This document shows positions 20,791 to 29,934 of a DNA stretch of 64,000 bases, in pieces. The position numbers and the translations under genes are program-made. This DNA comes from Fibrobacteria bacterium (lineage in GTDB: Bacteria > Fibrobacterota > Fibrobacteria > UBA11236): the NCBI GenBank assembly GCA_041746255.1, contig JBGTHM010000019.1, positions 90,107-154,106 on the forward strand, in the 5' to 3' direction. The stretch's first letter is position 1, and the number at the start of each line of letters is the position of its first letter. The notes under the pieces are model-generated. The model was not told the DNA's origin and made no database searches. It saw nothing but the letters and a program-made list of their open reading frames with translations.

Positions 20791-22006
20791 GCACTCTTTC
20801 CAGCTTCAAAGAAGAATGTTCCTCCACAAAACGTAGTTCTCTTGCCAGACTTTTCGCCAGGTCTTCGCGGGTAACGGGCCGGTTCTGTTCAGGAAGCACC
20901 GACCAGGTATAGGTTTCCACCTCGAAATGGGAACAAAGCGAATTATCCAGGGCATGATTCAATGCCGTAAGCATGTCTTTGCGGGTGGTGGAGATGACAT
21001 AAGCAGGGTGATCCTGATTAGGTTCGCTTTCCCAAAGGAATCCGGAAGTATCGATGGGTACATGGTAATGTACTCGCCAGGGGTGATCCCAACTGGCTTT
21101 GTCGTCGTTCAGCGCATGGGGCAAGTCGTCATAAAGGTGGATTTTCCGGCCTTCTTTGATGCGGGTTTGGTGCAAAAAACGCTCTTCCACATAGGCCAGA
21201 CGCGCTTCACGCGAAACCTTTTCGGGGTCGGCTTTGAATTCCAGGGCGCTGGAAAGTTGCATTTTCACGACGGGTATTCCGTTTGCGGTGAGTTTATCCA
21301 GGGATTTTACCGGGTTTTCGAATTGTACCGCCTGATGGCAAACATCGTAACACACACCGATATAGCGGGTTAAATCCTCCTCGCTGAAATGCATTTTGCG
21401 AGCCGCGGGACGCAGGTATTCCTCCCAAAACGCCACGACTTGCGAAATGGTCTCCAGAACACACCCGGGTTCCGGCTCCACCGCCAAACGGATGACTTTG
21501 GCATCTTGGTGCTCCAACTCCAGAGCGCATTTCGCCCACAGGATGAGGTTCTCCGCGGCTTGACGCGACTTCTCCTCCGTCCAGCCGGCACGCCAGCCCA
21601 GCGGCAAAGTGGAAATGCTGCCTTCCCCATTTTCAGGGTCCAACAAATCACTCAACATTTGCGCGCAGGTCATACTGTAATGCAGACGTTCCGGGTCGGT
21701 CCAATCCGGAGTATAAACCTTGGTTTTCACGATTTTTTCATGAAAATTGATATAGGGAAAGGCGTTGAGTGTAAACACGGACAGCCGGTTTTGCTCCAAC
21801 ACTTCCTTTATCCGGTGCTGGGTCGGGGAGTCGTGATGGCTGATCTCAGCCAATAAATTGGCATTGAACCAAAGTCCCAGGGGAAGCTGGTTTACCCCCA
21901 ACTCGTCGCGGATATGGGGGCCGAAAAACGAAATGGTTTCTACCCATTCCGAGAGGCTGTTGAGCGCATGAACATTTGTGCAGTAAGTTAGTCTGGGCTG
22001 AGTCAC
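20783..22006 (-). CDS. eboE: Metabolite traffic protein EboE (xylose-isomerase-like TIM barrel)
   Basis: LTYCTNVH; NAFPY..FH..VK..VY.PDW; EPEPGC; DVCHQAV; WRVHYHVP; EVETYTW. Confidence 0.93.
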   Translation of the reverse strand: MTQPRLTYCTNVHALNSLSEWVETISFFGPHIRDELGVNQLPLGLWFNANLLAEISHHDSPTQHRIKEVLEQNRLSVFTLNAFPYINFHEKIVKTKVYTPDWTDPERLHYSMTCAQMLSDLLDPENGEGSISTLPLGWRAGWTEEKSRQAAENLILWAKCALELEHQDAKVIRLAVEPEPGCVLETISQVVAFWEEYLRPAARKMHFSEEDLTRYIGVCYDVCHQAVQFENPVKSLDKLTANGIPVVKMQLSSALEFKADPEKVSREARLAYVEERFLHQTRIKEGRKIHLYDDLPHALNDDKASWDHPWRVHYHVPIDTSGFLWESEPNQDHPAYVISTTRKDMLTALNHALDNSLCSHFEVETYTWSVLPEQNRPVTREDLAKSLARELRFVEEHSSLKLERVHA

Positions 22007-22092
22007 GAAAACCCCCTTGGCAGCGTAAATTTACAACCGCGTCTTTCTAATTGGAAGTAAATTAATTTCTCACTCAAGAAGTTGATAATCAC

Positions 22093-23295
22093 ATGGATAC
22101 AGCGAAAAAAAACGCGTCCGGTCGTATTTCCGCCCGAGTCAAAATCCGCACCGGGAATGCTGCCGGCCCGACTTGGCAATGCCGTCCCTCGCCGCTCCTA
22201 GGCCATATGCCGCTGTACCACGGCTTCGGCGCCATGGAGGCGCTGAAAGAAATTCTGGAAAAGGCGAGCCCCGACAAGGTTTTTGTCCTCTCCGACCAGC
22301 GTATTTTCAAGCTTTATGGCGGTTATTTACTGCAACTTCTGGCGGATGCTCTACCCAAAGCCAGTAACCGGATGACTCCGGAAACCATACTTTTATCGGA
22401 AGGTGAAACCGAAAAGACCTGGAGTAACCTGGAATTCCTGTGCGAGGAACTCTTCGAGCGGGGAATTACCAAATCCTCTCTTATTCTCAATTTCGGCGGC
22501 GGGGTCATTTTAAATATCGGTGGCATGGCCGCCAGCCTGATTTACCGCGGAGTACGCTTCGTGCAAATTCCCACGACTTTGATGGCTCAAAGCGACGTCG
22601 TGGTTTCCAACAAACAAGGCATTAATTTCGCGGGCGGCAAAAATCGCCTCGGAACCTTCCACGTGCCCCTGGCGGCGGTCGCGGATCCCCGCTTCTTGGC
22701 CACTGAGCCCCGGCGCCAATTGCGCGCAGCCATGGTGGAATATTGCAAGAATGCCCTGCTGCTGGGCGGAAGCCATTACGACGAGGCTTTGGAGCATTTT
22801 GGACGCGGCGATCTCTATTCCGAAGAGCAACTCGGCCGACTCATCGAATGCAGTCTCGACCAAAAATTTTTCATCGCCGAAGCCGACCCCACCGAAAAGG
22901 CGGCGGGGCTTATGCTCGAATACGGCCATACCGTGGGTCACGCACTCGAATACCTGTCGCAAGGACGCCTCCTCCATGGCGAAGCGGTGTATCACGGCAT
23001 GAACGTGGCCGGCATGTTGTCCGAAAAAATGGGATACATGCCCGCGCAAGAACTCATGCGGCAATCCCTTCTGCTCAGCCACCTCGCGGAAATGCCGACC
23101 ATTCCCGCCGATATTTCGGTGGGACAAGTCTTGAATTGCGTACAGCGCGACAATAAAAAAGTCGGCGCCGATATTGCTTTCATCCTGGTGGAAGGAATCG
23201 GCAAAGTCCGCCGCAACGGGGATACGGTGCTCACTCCCGTTACCGAGACGCAACTCAAAGAAGCCCTGATAGAATACTGGGATGCTTTGTTATAG
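22093..23295 (+). CDS. btrC: Sugar-phosphate cyclase with 2-deoxy-scyllo-inosose synthase (BtrC/NeoC-type) signatures
   Basis: GGGVILNIGG (Asn where DHQS has Asp); AQSDVVVSNKQGIN; PRRQLRAAMVEYCKNAL; LEYGHTVGHALE; C-terminal VLTPV. These match BtrC motifs as recalled (GGGLTGNVAG, SDSVLSIKQAVN, PPRQVKAGMCELVKN, FEYGHTIGHAIE, LLTPV). Confidence 0.75.
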   Translation: MDTAKKNASGRISARVKIRTGNAAGPTWQCRPSPLLGHMPLYHGFGAMEALKEILEKASPDKVFVLSDQRIFKLYGGYLLQLLADALPKASNRMTPETILLSEGETEKTWSNLEFLCEELFERGITKSSLILNFGGGVILNIGGMAASLIYRGVRFVQIPTTLMAQSDVVVSNKQGINFAGGKNRLGTFHVPLAAVADPRFLATEPRRQLRAAMVEYCKNALLLGGSHYDEALEHFGRGDLYSEEQLGRLIECSLDQKFFIAEADPTEKAAGLMLEYGHTVGHALEYLSQGRLLHGEAVYHGMNVAGMLSEKMGYMPAQELMRQSLLLSHLAEMPTIPADISVGQVLNCVQRDNKKVGADIAFILVEGIGKVRRNGDTVLTPVTETQLKEALIEYWDALL

Positions 23296-24094
23296 CACGG
23301 GATCCCTCCCCGACGCTTTCACCCTGAAGGACGTGCGCGAGGCGCTATCCGCGTCCCTCTTCCGCGGCGTGGAATTGGTGATGACTCCTTTTTTCTTGGA
23401 GCGCGCCGATGACCCGGATTTCTGGCTGCAAGCGCGGAATGAATTCGAAAGTTCCGGCCTTACCTTCCGTAATGTGCATATGGGCAATCCTCTGCTGTTA
23501 TCCGGCGAGCCCCATGTTCCGGGCCTTGGCACGTTGGATGACGAGGGTCGCAAGCTTAAGTTTGAGACCGTGGAGCGCTCCCTGCGCGTGGCGCATTTTC
23601 TGGGAGCTCCGCATCTTACACTCACCACGGGATTGCCTGAAGCGAATGTGGAACGTCAATTGGAATACTTCGCGGATGCGCTGCGTTGCTTGGTGGAGCA
23701 AAAACCCTCCGAGGTGAAAATCCTCATCGAGCAAGAGCCGGAACACATCATCCACTCCACCGGGCAATTGCTGGACCTCTCGGCCCGCCACCCGGGCCAA
23801 GTCTTCGCCACCTTCGACGTGGGCCATAGCGAAGTGGCGGGAGAGGATGTTGCAGCTTCGGTGGAGCGATTGGGTCCGGTCATCCGTAACCTGCACTTGG
23901 AAGACATCAAGGACAGGGTGCATCGCCACCTCTTATACGGCGATGGCGATATCGATTTCGACCGAATTTTCGCGGCGGTCCGCCGCATCGATTATCAAGG
24001 GGACATCACCCCTGATCTCTACCCTTTCAAAGACGATTATTGCGCAGCCATTTCCGCCAGTGAAAAGTTTTTGCGAAGCCACCTCTCGCTTTAG
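23282..24094 (+). CDS. Sugar phosphate isomerase/epimerase (AP_endonuc_2 TIM barrel)
   Basis: LIEQEPEH; FDVGHS; HLEDIKDRVHRHLLYGDGDIDF. Confidence 0.88.
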   Translation: MLCYSTGSLPDAFTLKDVREALSASLFRGVELVMTPFFLERADDPDFWLQARNEFESSGLTFRNVHMGNPLLLSGEPHVPGLGTLDDEGRKLKFETVERSLRVAHFLGAPHLTLTTGLPEANVERQLEYFADALRCLVEQKPSEVKILIEQEPEHIIHSTGQLLDLSARHPGQVFATFDVGHSEVAGEDVAASVERLGPVIRNLHLEDIKDRVHRHLLYGDGDIDFDRIFAAVRRIDYQGDITPDLYPFKDDYCAAISASEKFLRSHLSL

Positions 24095-24227
24095 GCAAAG
24101 TTCGGTTTAGAGTAAAATTCACTACCTTTTTTCGTGCGTAAAAGGGCGGAAGGAATTATGATGGAGGGTAATGGAATGCCCGGTTTTGAATACTTTCCAC
24201 CCCCTGTTTCCAACAAGGTAACGTACC

Positions 24228-25571
24228 GTGCATGTGGTAATTCCCCTGTTATTGGCATCCTTACTGCTTTCCTCTTGCGGATCGGGTGATCGCGACGACT
24301 CCATAAGAATCCTGTGGGCCAATTTTGCCCCCGCCGACATCCTCTCCGAATTGGGGCGGCAATATGAACAGGAAACCGGTATTGCCGTCAGGGTCGTGAA
24401 AAAGTCCTGGGATGGAGCCTTCACCGACGCGACCTACGCGGAATTCCGGAATCGCGCCCAAAATTACGACATCATCATTGGGGACAGCCAATGGCTGGGT
24501 TTGGGAACCGTGGGCGGTCATTACCTGGAATTAACGGATTGGATGCACGAGAACTTGGCTTTAGATGAAATCGAGCCCGTGGCTCTGACGGGCTATAGTG
24601 AATACCCCAAAGGATCCGGGCGCTATTATGCGGTGCCTTGTGAAGCGGACGCCATGGTTTGGGCCTATCGGAAAGATTTATTCGAAGATCCCAACCACCA
24701 AAATGCGTTTCAGGAATTCCTTAGGCAAAAGGGGGTCGATAAGCCCTTTCCCCTTGCTCCTCCGGAAACCTGGGAAAACCTGAGGTTGATTGCGGCCTAT
24801 TTTAAGGAATCTATTCCCGGAATGGCGGGAGTGATGATGGTCACTTCCCGAAGTTACGATATGGCCACCATGAGTTTTCAACAAATCCTCCATGCTTTCG
24901 GCGGAAAGTTCGGTGATTACAGTACGAATGAAGTGCTTTTCGATTCCCCCGAAACAGTGAAGGCGTTGACCTTTTTTTCCGACTTGCTGGAAACGAGTAC
25001 ACCGGGCGGGAAAAACATGGGTTATTCCGAGGTTGGGTCTGAGTATATTTCCGGTCGCGCGGCCATGGTATGCAATTTTCTCGCTCTGCTCCCGTCGTTC
25101 GCAAGTCCGTCCGAAAATCCGGATTACCATGATAAAACCGGATATTTCAACTCGCCCAGCCATACTGACGAAAGCGGCGTCACCCGACGGTATACCTCTT
25201 TCGGGGGACAGGGGATGAGTGTCAACGCCCATATCAACGCTAAAAGGCAAGGGCGTGCCAAGGATTTCATAAAGTGGTTCGCCTCCCGCGAAATCCAAAG
25301 AATCTGGGCGGTCAAAGGGGGGCTGTCGGCGAATTTGGAAGTATTGAAAAGCCAGGAATTTCTGGATGCGGCGCCCTATAATCATTTGGCGGCCGAAGCC
25401 TTTTCCCTCATGCGGGATTTCTGGACGGTGCCTGAATATGACGAACTGTTGAAAGTGACCCAAAGGGAAATCACCTCGGTATACCAACAAGGCGCGGATG
25501 CAAGAGACGCTGCCGCACAGGTTCAGAAAGAGCATGAGATGATTCTCAAGCGACGAGGGCGCATCAAGTGA
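24228..25571 (+). CDS. Carbohydrate ABC transporter substrate-binding lipoprotein (CUT1)
   Basis: Lipobox LLLSSC; YDIIIGDSQWLG; YAVP...AYRKDLF; PPETWE. Confidence 0.9.
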   Translation: MHVVIPLLLASLLLSSCGSGDRDDSIRILWANFAPADILSELGRQYEQETGIAVRVVKKSWDGAFTDATYAEFRNRAQNYDIIIGDSQWLGLGTVGGHYLELTDWMHENLALDEIEPVALTGYSEYPKGSGRYYAVPCEADAMVWAYRKDLFEDPNHQNAFQEFLRQKGVDKPFPLAPPETWENLRLIAAYFKESIPGMAGVMMVTSRSYDMATMSFQQILHAFGGKFGDYSTNEVLFDSPETVKALTFFSDLLETSTPGGKNMGYSEVGSEYISGRAAMVCNFLALLPSFASPSENPDYHDKTGYFNSPSHTDESGVTRRYTSFGGQGMSVNAHINAKRQGRAKDFIKWFASREIQRIWAVKGGLSANLEVLKSQEFLDAAPYNHLAAEAFSLMRDFWTVPEYDELLKVTQREITSVYQQGADARDAAAQVQKEHEMILKRRGRIK

Positions 25572-26455
25572 ACTCCTTGGCCGGATTCTCCCCCATAGCG
25601 ATTCGCAATTTTTGCATTTTACCGGCCCTGGGCCTGCTCATATCTTTTAATGCCTTTCCTTTACTGGCTTCGTTGGTGGTCAGTTTTACCGAATACAACC
25701 CTATCATCGACTCCGCTCCGCAATATGTGGGATGGCGTAATTATCTGGATTTACTCAATAGCCCGCGCGACGAAGTATGGGCCGCGTTTGCCCGCACTGG
25801 GGCATTGGTGGTTTTTGCGGTAGGATTGCAAACCGTTTTGGGGTTCGGGCTTGCCCTGCTTCTGCAACGACGCTTTTATGGCCAGGGTGTGCTGGTGTCC
25901 CTGCTATTGATACCCATGATGCTTTCTCCCGCGATCATGGGGTCATTTTGGCGTTACATGTTGAATGCGGATTATGGAGTGATAAACTGGCTGCTCGATT
26001 CGAGTTTGAGTTGGGGCGGGTCCACGCCTCTGGCGTTTTGGGGAGTGGTGTTGGCGGAAACCTGGATGTGGACGCCTTTCATGTTGCTGCTCTCGCTGGC
26101 CGGATTGCAAAGCATCCCTCCGTCGCTTTACGAAGCGGCTGCGGTGGATCGCGCCGGCGCCTGGTTCCGTTTTAGGCATATCACGCTACCGCTGGTGCTT
26201 CCCATGCTGCTTTTGGGAATCGTCTTCCGGGCCATGGACACCTTCCGTCTTTTCGATACCGCCATGGTTATGAATGGAAATTTGGAGGGCCAACCGACGA
26301 CTTTCGTAAGCGTGTTGCTGCATTCCCGCGGGTTCGGAGGAAGCCTTTCTTTGGGCGATGCCACGGCACTGGCTTACCTCCTCTTAGTGGTGGCCATAGC
26401 CCTTTCCGTATTGGTGCTTCGGCTGCTGGAAAGAGTACGGGAGGCCCGCCATTGA
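25568..26455 (+). CDS. Carbohydrate ABC transporter permease
   Basis: WMWTPFMLLLSLAGLQSIPPSLYEAAAVDRAG EAA loop. Confidence 0.93.
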   Translation: MNSLAGFSPIAIRNFCILPALGLLISFNAFPLLASLVVSFTEYNPIIDSAPQYVGWRNYLDLLNSPRDEVWAAFARTGALVVFAVGLQTVLGFGLALLLQRRFYGQGVLVSLLLIPMMLSPAIMGSFWRYMLNADYGVINWLLDSSLSWGGSTPLAFWGVVLAETWMWTPFMLLLSLAGLQSIPPSLYEAAAVDRAGAWFRFRHITLPLVLPMLLLGIVFRAMDTFRLFDTAMVMNGNLEGQPTTFVSVLLHSRGFGGSLSLGDATALAYLLLVVAIALSVLVLRLLERVREARH

Positions 26456-27303
26456 AAAATTCGCCGGTCGGTCGTATCACCTTGCTTCTCATTTACGCGA
26501 TGCTGTCATTGACTCCCATTCTTTGGATGGTTCTGACCGCGGTCAAGCTCCCCGCGGATACGGTGGCTTTTCCGCCACGGTTCGTCCCCGCAGGTTCCGC
26601 TCCGGAAGGGTCCTTTCTTTATCGTTTCTCTTGGACCAATTTCGAAAGGCTATTCGCCGATACCGAAACCATGCATTACCTCTGGAATTCCATATTGGTG
26701 GCTTCTTTCAGTACTCTTGCATCCGTGGCATTCGGAACCTTGGCGGGATACGCCTTCAGCCGCTTTCCCTTTCGCGGTTCGCAAAATTGGCTTTTCTTCA
26801 TTCTTTCCACCCGGATGTTGCCGCCTCTGGCGGTGGCGGTTCCCATCAGTTTCATGTATAGCCGCCTGGCTTTATTCGACACGCGTTTCGGATTGATAAT
26901 CCTGTATACCTGCTTCAACCTTTCCTTCAGCACATGGATGATGAAGCTGTTTTTCGACGAGATTCCCACTGATTACGAAGAGGCGGCGATGTTGGATGGC
27001 CATTCCCGGCCGTCGGCTTTTTTCCGCATCGTGCTTCCACAGGCAGTGAGCGGGTTGTTGGCCACCTCGATTTTTTGTCTCATCACGTCTTGGAACGAGT
27101 ACTCCTTCGCCCTCACGCTTACCAGTACCGACGCAGTAACCATGCCGGTACGGATCCATGCCATCATCGGGGACGTCGGCGTGATTCCGTGGGGATTGTT
27201 GGCCGCGGCCTCCCTGTTATTCCTGGCTCCGATTCTCATTTTCAGCTTACTCATGCGTAAACATTTGGTACAAGGCATCAGCTTCGGAGCGGTGAGGGAA
27301 TGA
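26452..27303 (+). CDS. Carbohydrate ABC transporter permease
   Basis: RMLPP; DEIPTDYEEAAMLDG; SWNEY. Confidence 0.93.
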   Translation: MKNSPVGRITLLLIYAMLSLTPILWMVLTAVKLPADTVAFPPRFVPAGSAPEGSFLYRFSWTNFERLFADTETMHYLWNSILVASFSTLASVAFGTLAGYAFSRFPFRGSQNWLFFILSTRMLPPLAVAVPISFMYSRLALFDTRFGLIILYTCFNLSFSTWMMKLFFDEIPTDYEEAAMLDGHSRPSAFFRIVLPQAVSGLLATSIFCLITSWNEYSFALTLTSTDAVTMPVRIHAIIGDVGVIPWGLLAAASLLFLAPILIFSLLMRKHLVQGISFGAVRE

Positions 27304-27551
27304 AAGACAAAGGAGAAATCTTATACCGTCGGCTTGATCGGGGCTCTATGGCCGTGATGGCCGCGGGTATCGGCATGGTACTGCAGCCTTGGATTCACCT
27401 GCTTTTCCGCTTCGGTTTCGCTGTGATTCTGATGGGTTTGTTTTTCTATTTGTTCGCCTCACGTCTGTCCACCTTTTCAGGCCGTACCGATGATGGCCAA
27501 GAAGCCGCCTCTGAATCTGAAAAAAAAATGAATAGGGTCGCGAATCCATGA
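27300..27551 (+). CDS. Small 2-TM membrane protein within the ABC operon
   Basis: ATGA overlaps on both sides; GIGMVLQPW...FAVILMGLFFYLFAS hydrophobic. Confidence 0.65.
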   Translation: MKDKGEILYRRLDRGSMAVMAAGIGMVLQPWIHLLFRFGFAVILMGLFFYLFASRLSTFSGRTDDGQEAASESEKKMNRVANP

Positions 27552-28672
27552 GCGGAGTGGCGCTGGAATTCGAAGGCCTGGGGAAGCGCTTCGGCGACTT
27601 TGCGGCCGTGCATCCGCTCAACCTTTCGGTGGCTCCCGGCGAATTGCTCGTTTTGCTCGGGCCCAGCGGTTGCGGGAAAACCACGACCTTGCGCATGACG
27701 GCGGGTTTGGAGTTTCCCAGCGAGGGGCGAATCCTGTTCGACGGAAAGGACGTAACCCGCAAGCCGCCGGGTGAGCGGGATGTCGCATTCGTTTTCCAGT
27801 TGTACGCCTTGTATCCGCACATGACCGTAGGGGAGAATGTGGCTTTTCCCCTTCGCACGCAAGGGCGATCAGCCGTGGAAGCCAGCCGTGCCGCTTCCGC
27901 CATGCTCGAGCGGCTGGGTCTCGGCATGCTGGCGGGATCCAAGCCCAGGCAACTCTCCGGAGCCGACCAGCAGCGCGCGGCCTTGGCGCGGGCGTTAGTG
28001 CGGAAACCGCGGGCCTTTTTGCTGGATGAGCCGTTGAATACGCTCGATTCGGCCCAACGTGAATTCTTGCGGGAGCAAATCCGCGAGTTGCACAAAGAGA
28101 TGGAAGCCACCACCCTTTTCGTGACCCATGATCAGGCCGAGGCCCTGGCACTGGGCGATCGGATCGCAGTGATGGGCGAAGGAAAGATTTTGCAATGTGG
28201 CCCGCCCAGAGAAGTCTATGAAAACCCCAACAGCCTTTTCGTGGCCAATTTTTTGGGCACACCCGGAATGAACTTTCTCTTCGCAAGCCGAAGCGGCGAA
28301 GCGGTGCGTGTACAGGGCGCCGATTGGATGGTAAGGGTGTCCGACCTTCCCGACTCCAAAGCCGGGCTCGGCGAAGCTTGGACGAACAAAGACGGCCTTT
28401 ATCTGGGCATACGGCCAGAACACGTCTTGCTCACCGGAGAGGGTGCGCCGTGTCAAGTGGAGCATACCGAGATGCTGGGAGCTTATAGCCTGGTCGATTT
28501 GCGCGCGGGTAAAGTCCGGCTCAAGGCGCGCGTTCCCGGTGGCCGCCGTTACCGGGAAGGCGATACCGTGGGAGTGAGCTTTCATCCCTCCGGCTGCCGC
28601 TGGTTCGACGCCGTCGAAGGCAACGCGCTGCCCTGGCATACCCAGGAGGTTAAATGCACGCCTTCTCGGTAG
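27548..28672 (+). CDS. ABC transporter ATPase (MalK-like, TOBE), variant signature
   Basis: GPSGCGKTT; LSGADQQR; LLDEP; VTHDQ. Confidence 0.93.
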   Translation: MSGVALEFEGLGKRFGDFAAVHPLNLSVAPGELLVLLGPSGCGKTTTLRMTAGLEFPSEGRILFDGKDVTRKPPGERDVAFVFQLYALYPHMTVGENVAFPLRTQGRSAVEASRAASAMLERLGLGMLAGSKPRQLSGADQQRAALARALVRKPRAFLLDEPLNTLDSAQREFLREQIRELHKEMEATTLFVTHDQAEALALGDRIAVMGEGKILQCGPPREVYENPNSLFVANFLGTPGMNFLFASRSGEAVRVQGADWMVRVSDLPDSKAGLGEAWTNKDGLYLGIRPEHVLLTGEGAPCQVEHTEMLGAYSLVDLRAGKVRLKARVPGGRRYREGDTVGVSFHPSGCRWFDAVEGNALPWHTQEVKCTPSR

Positions 28673-29691
28673 AAAATCTGAATTGTTCCTATCCGGACCG
28701 GCGAGCGGGAATGTTTCGGCGGCCTTCCGCCGATGCGGTCCACAACGTGCTTTCGAATATCACCTTCACGACCGAACCGGGCGAATTATTGGTTATTCTC
28801 GGAGAAGGAGGCGCCGGCAAAAGCACCTTGCTCCGTGCAATGGCGGGGTTGTTAAAGCCATTGTCGGGTCGCATACTTGAAAACGGACGGGATATCACGG
28901 CGATTCCGCCCCACTTGCGCGATATGGCGATGGTTTTCCAGAATTTTTCCTTGTACCCGCGCATGACGGTAGCCGAGAACCTGGCCTTTCCCTTGAAAGG
29001 CGGATCCTTCCCCCTTTCCGAAATCCAAAAAAGGGTGGAGGAAACGGCCGGTACCTTGGGTCTCTCCGAAAAGCTGGGACGTTACGCTCCGGAATTGTCC
29101 GGGGGTGAATTACAACGCGTGGCATTGGGCCGGGCGCTAATCCGAAAGCCCAAGCTCTTTTTGTTGGACGAGCCTCTCACCAATCTCGATGCCAAATTAC
29201 GTGAACAAATGCAGACCTATATCCGCCGGCTGCAAAAATACCTGCAGACCACCCTCCTATTCGTCACTCACGATGCAGAAGAAGCCATGGGAATGGCCGA
29301 CCGGGTCATGGTGATGCGAAAAGGCGAAGTGATGCAAATCGCCGCGCCCGAGGAAATCTATCGTAACCCCGCGAACTCCTATGTTGCGGGCATACTGGGA
29401 AGCCCGGTAATCAATCTCCTCGCGCCGGAAGAAGCTTCCCGATGGGGTTTGCCGGACAATTCGGGTCGGATATTGGGAGTTCGGCCCGAACACGTGACGG
29501 TCACCGCCAGTCTCCAAGGCCGGGCCCGAGTCCGTGTTTGCCAGCACCTAGGGCATGCGCTGGTGCTGACCGTGGAGAGAGACGAGGTGCGCCTACGAGC
29601 ATTAGTGGAGCCCTTTTCGGGACTGAAAGAGGGTGACGCGGTGGACGTTAACGTGGATTTCAGGAATATTCTTCTCCTGGAACCGAGATGA
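28654..29691 (+). CDS. Second ABC transporter ATPase (MalK-like); start codon uncertain
   Basis: GEGGAGKST; LSGGELQR; LLDEPLTNLD. Confidence 0.92.
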   Translation: MHAFSVENLNCSYPDRRAGMFRRPSADAVHNVLSNITFTTEPGELLVILGEGGAGKSTLLRAMAGLLKPLSGRILENGRDITAIPPHLRDMAMVFQNFSLYPRMTVAENLAFPLKGGSFPLSEIQKRVEETAGTLGLSEKLGRYAPELSGGELQRVALGRALIRKPKLFLLDEPLTNLDAKLREQMQTYIRRLQKYLQTTLLFVTHDAEEAMGMADRVMVMRKGEVMQIAAPEEIYRNPANSYVAGILGSPVINLLAPEEASRWGLPDNSGRILGVRPEHVTVTASLQGRARVRVCQHLGHALVLTVERDEVRLRALVEPFSGLKEGDAVDVNVDFRNILLLEPR

Positions 29692-29934
29692 TTACCCTCT
29701 CTTTGAGTTTTTTTAGTTTGAGTCGTTATTGAATCGCTCTTCTTTTTAGCTTGGAAAGGGAATGCGAATACGATTAATGCCTGACGAATAGCCACTTTGG
29801 CAATATTTCCTGAAGGTCACCCCGATATTCCCACAGCAATGTTAATTGAAATAGCTTAAATTTATCCAGGTTTGGGTTACCTATCACCAGAAGCGCCTGC
29901 GACCGATAATGAGCCTTTGAGGAGAAGTTGAAAT

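Noticed and set aside
22093..23295. Annotation as housekeeping aroB or canonical eboD
   Set aside because: Diagnostic motifs (Asn in GGGxxxN, SNKQ, EYGHT, KNAL) differ from both and fit DOI synthases; no aroK or aroC context.
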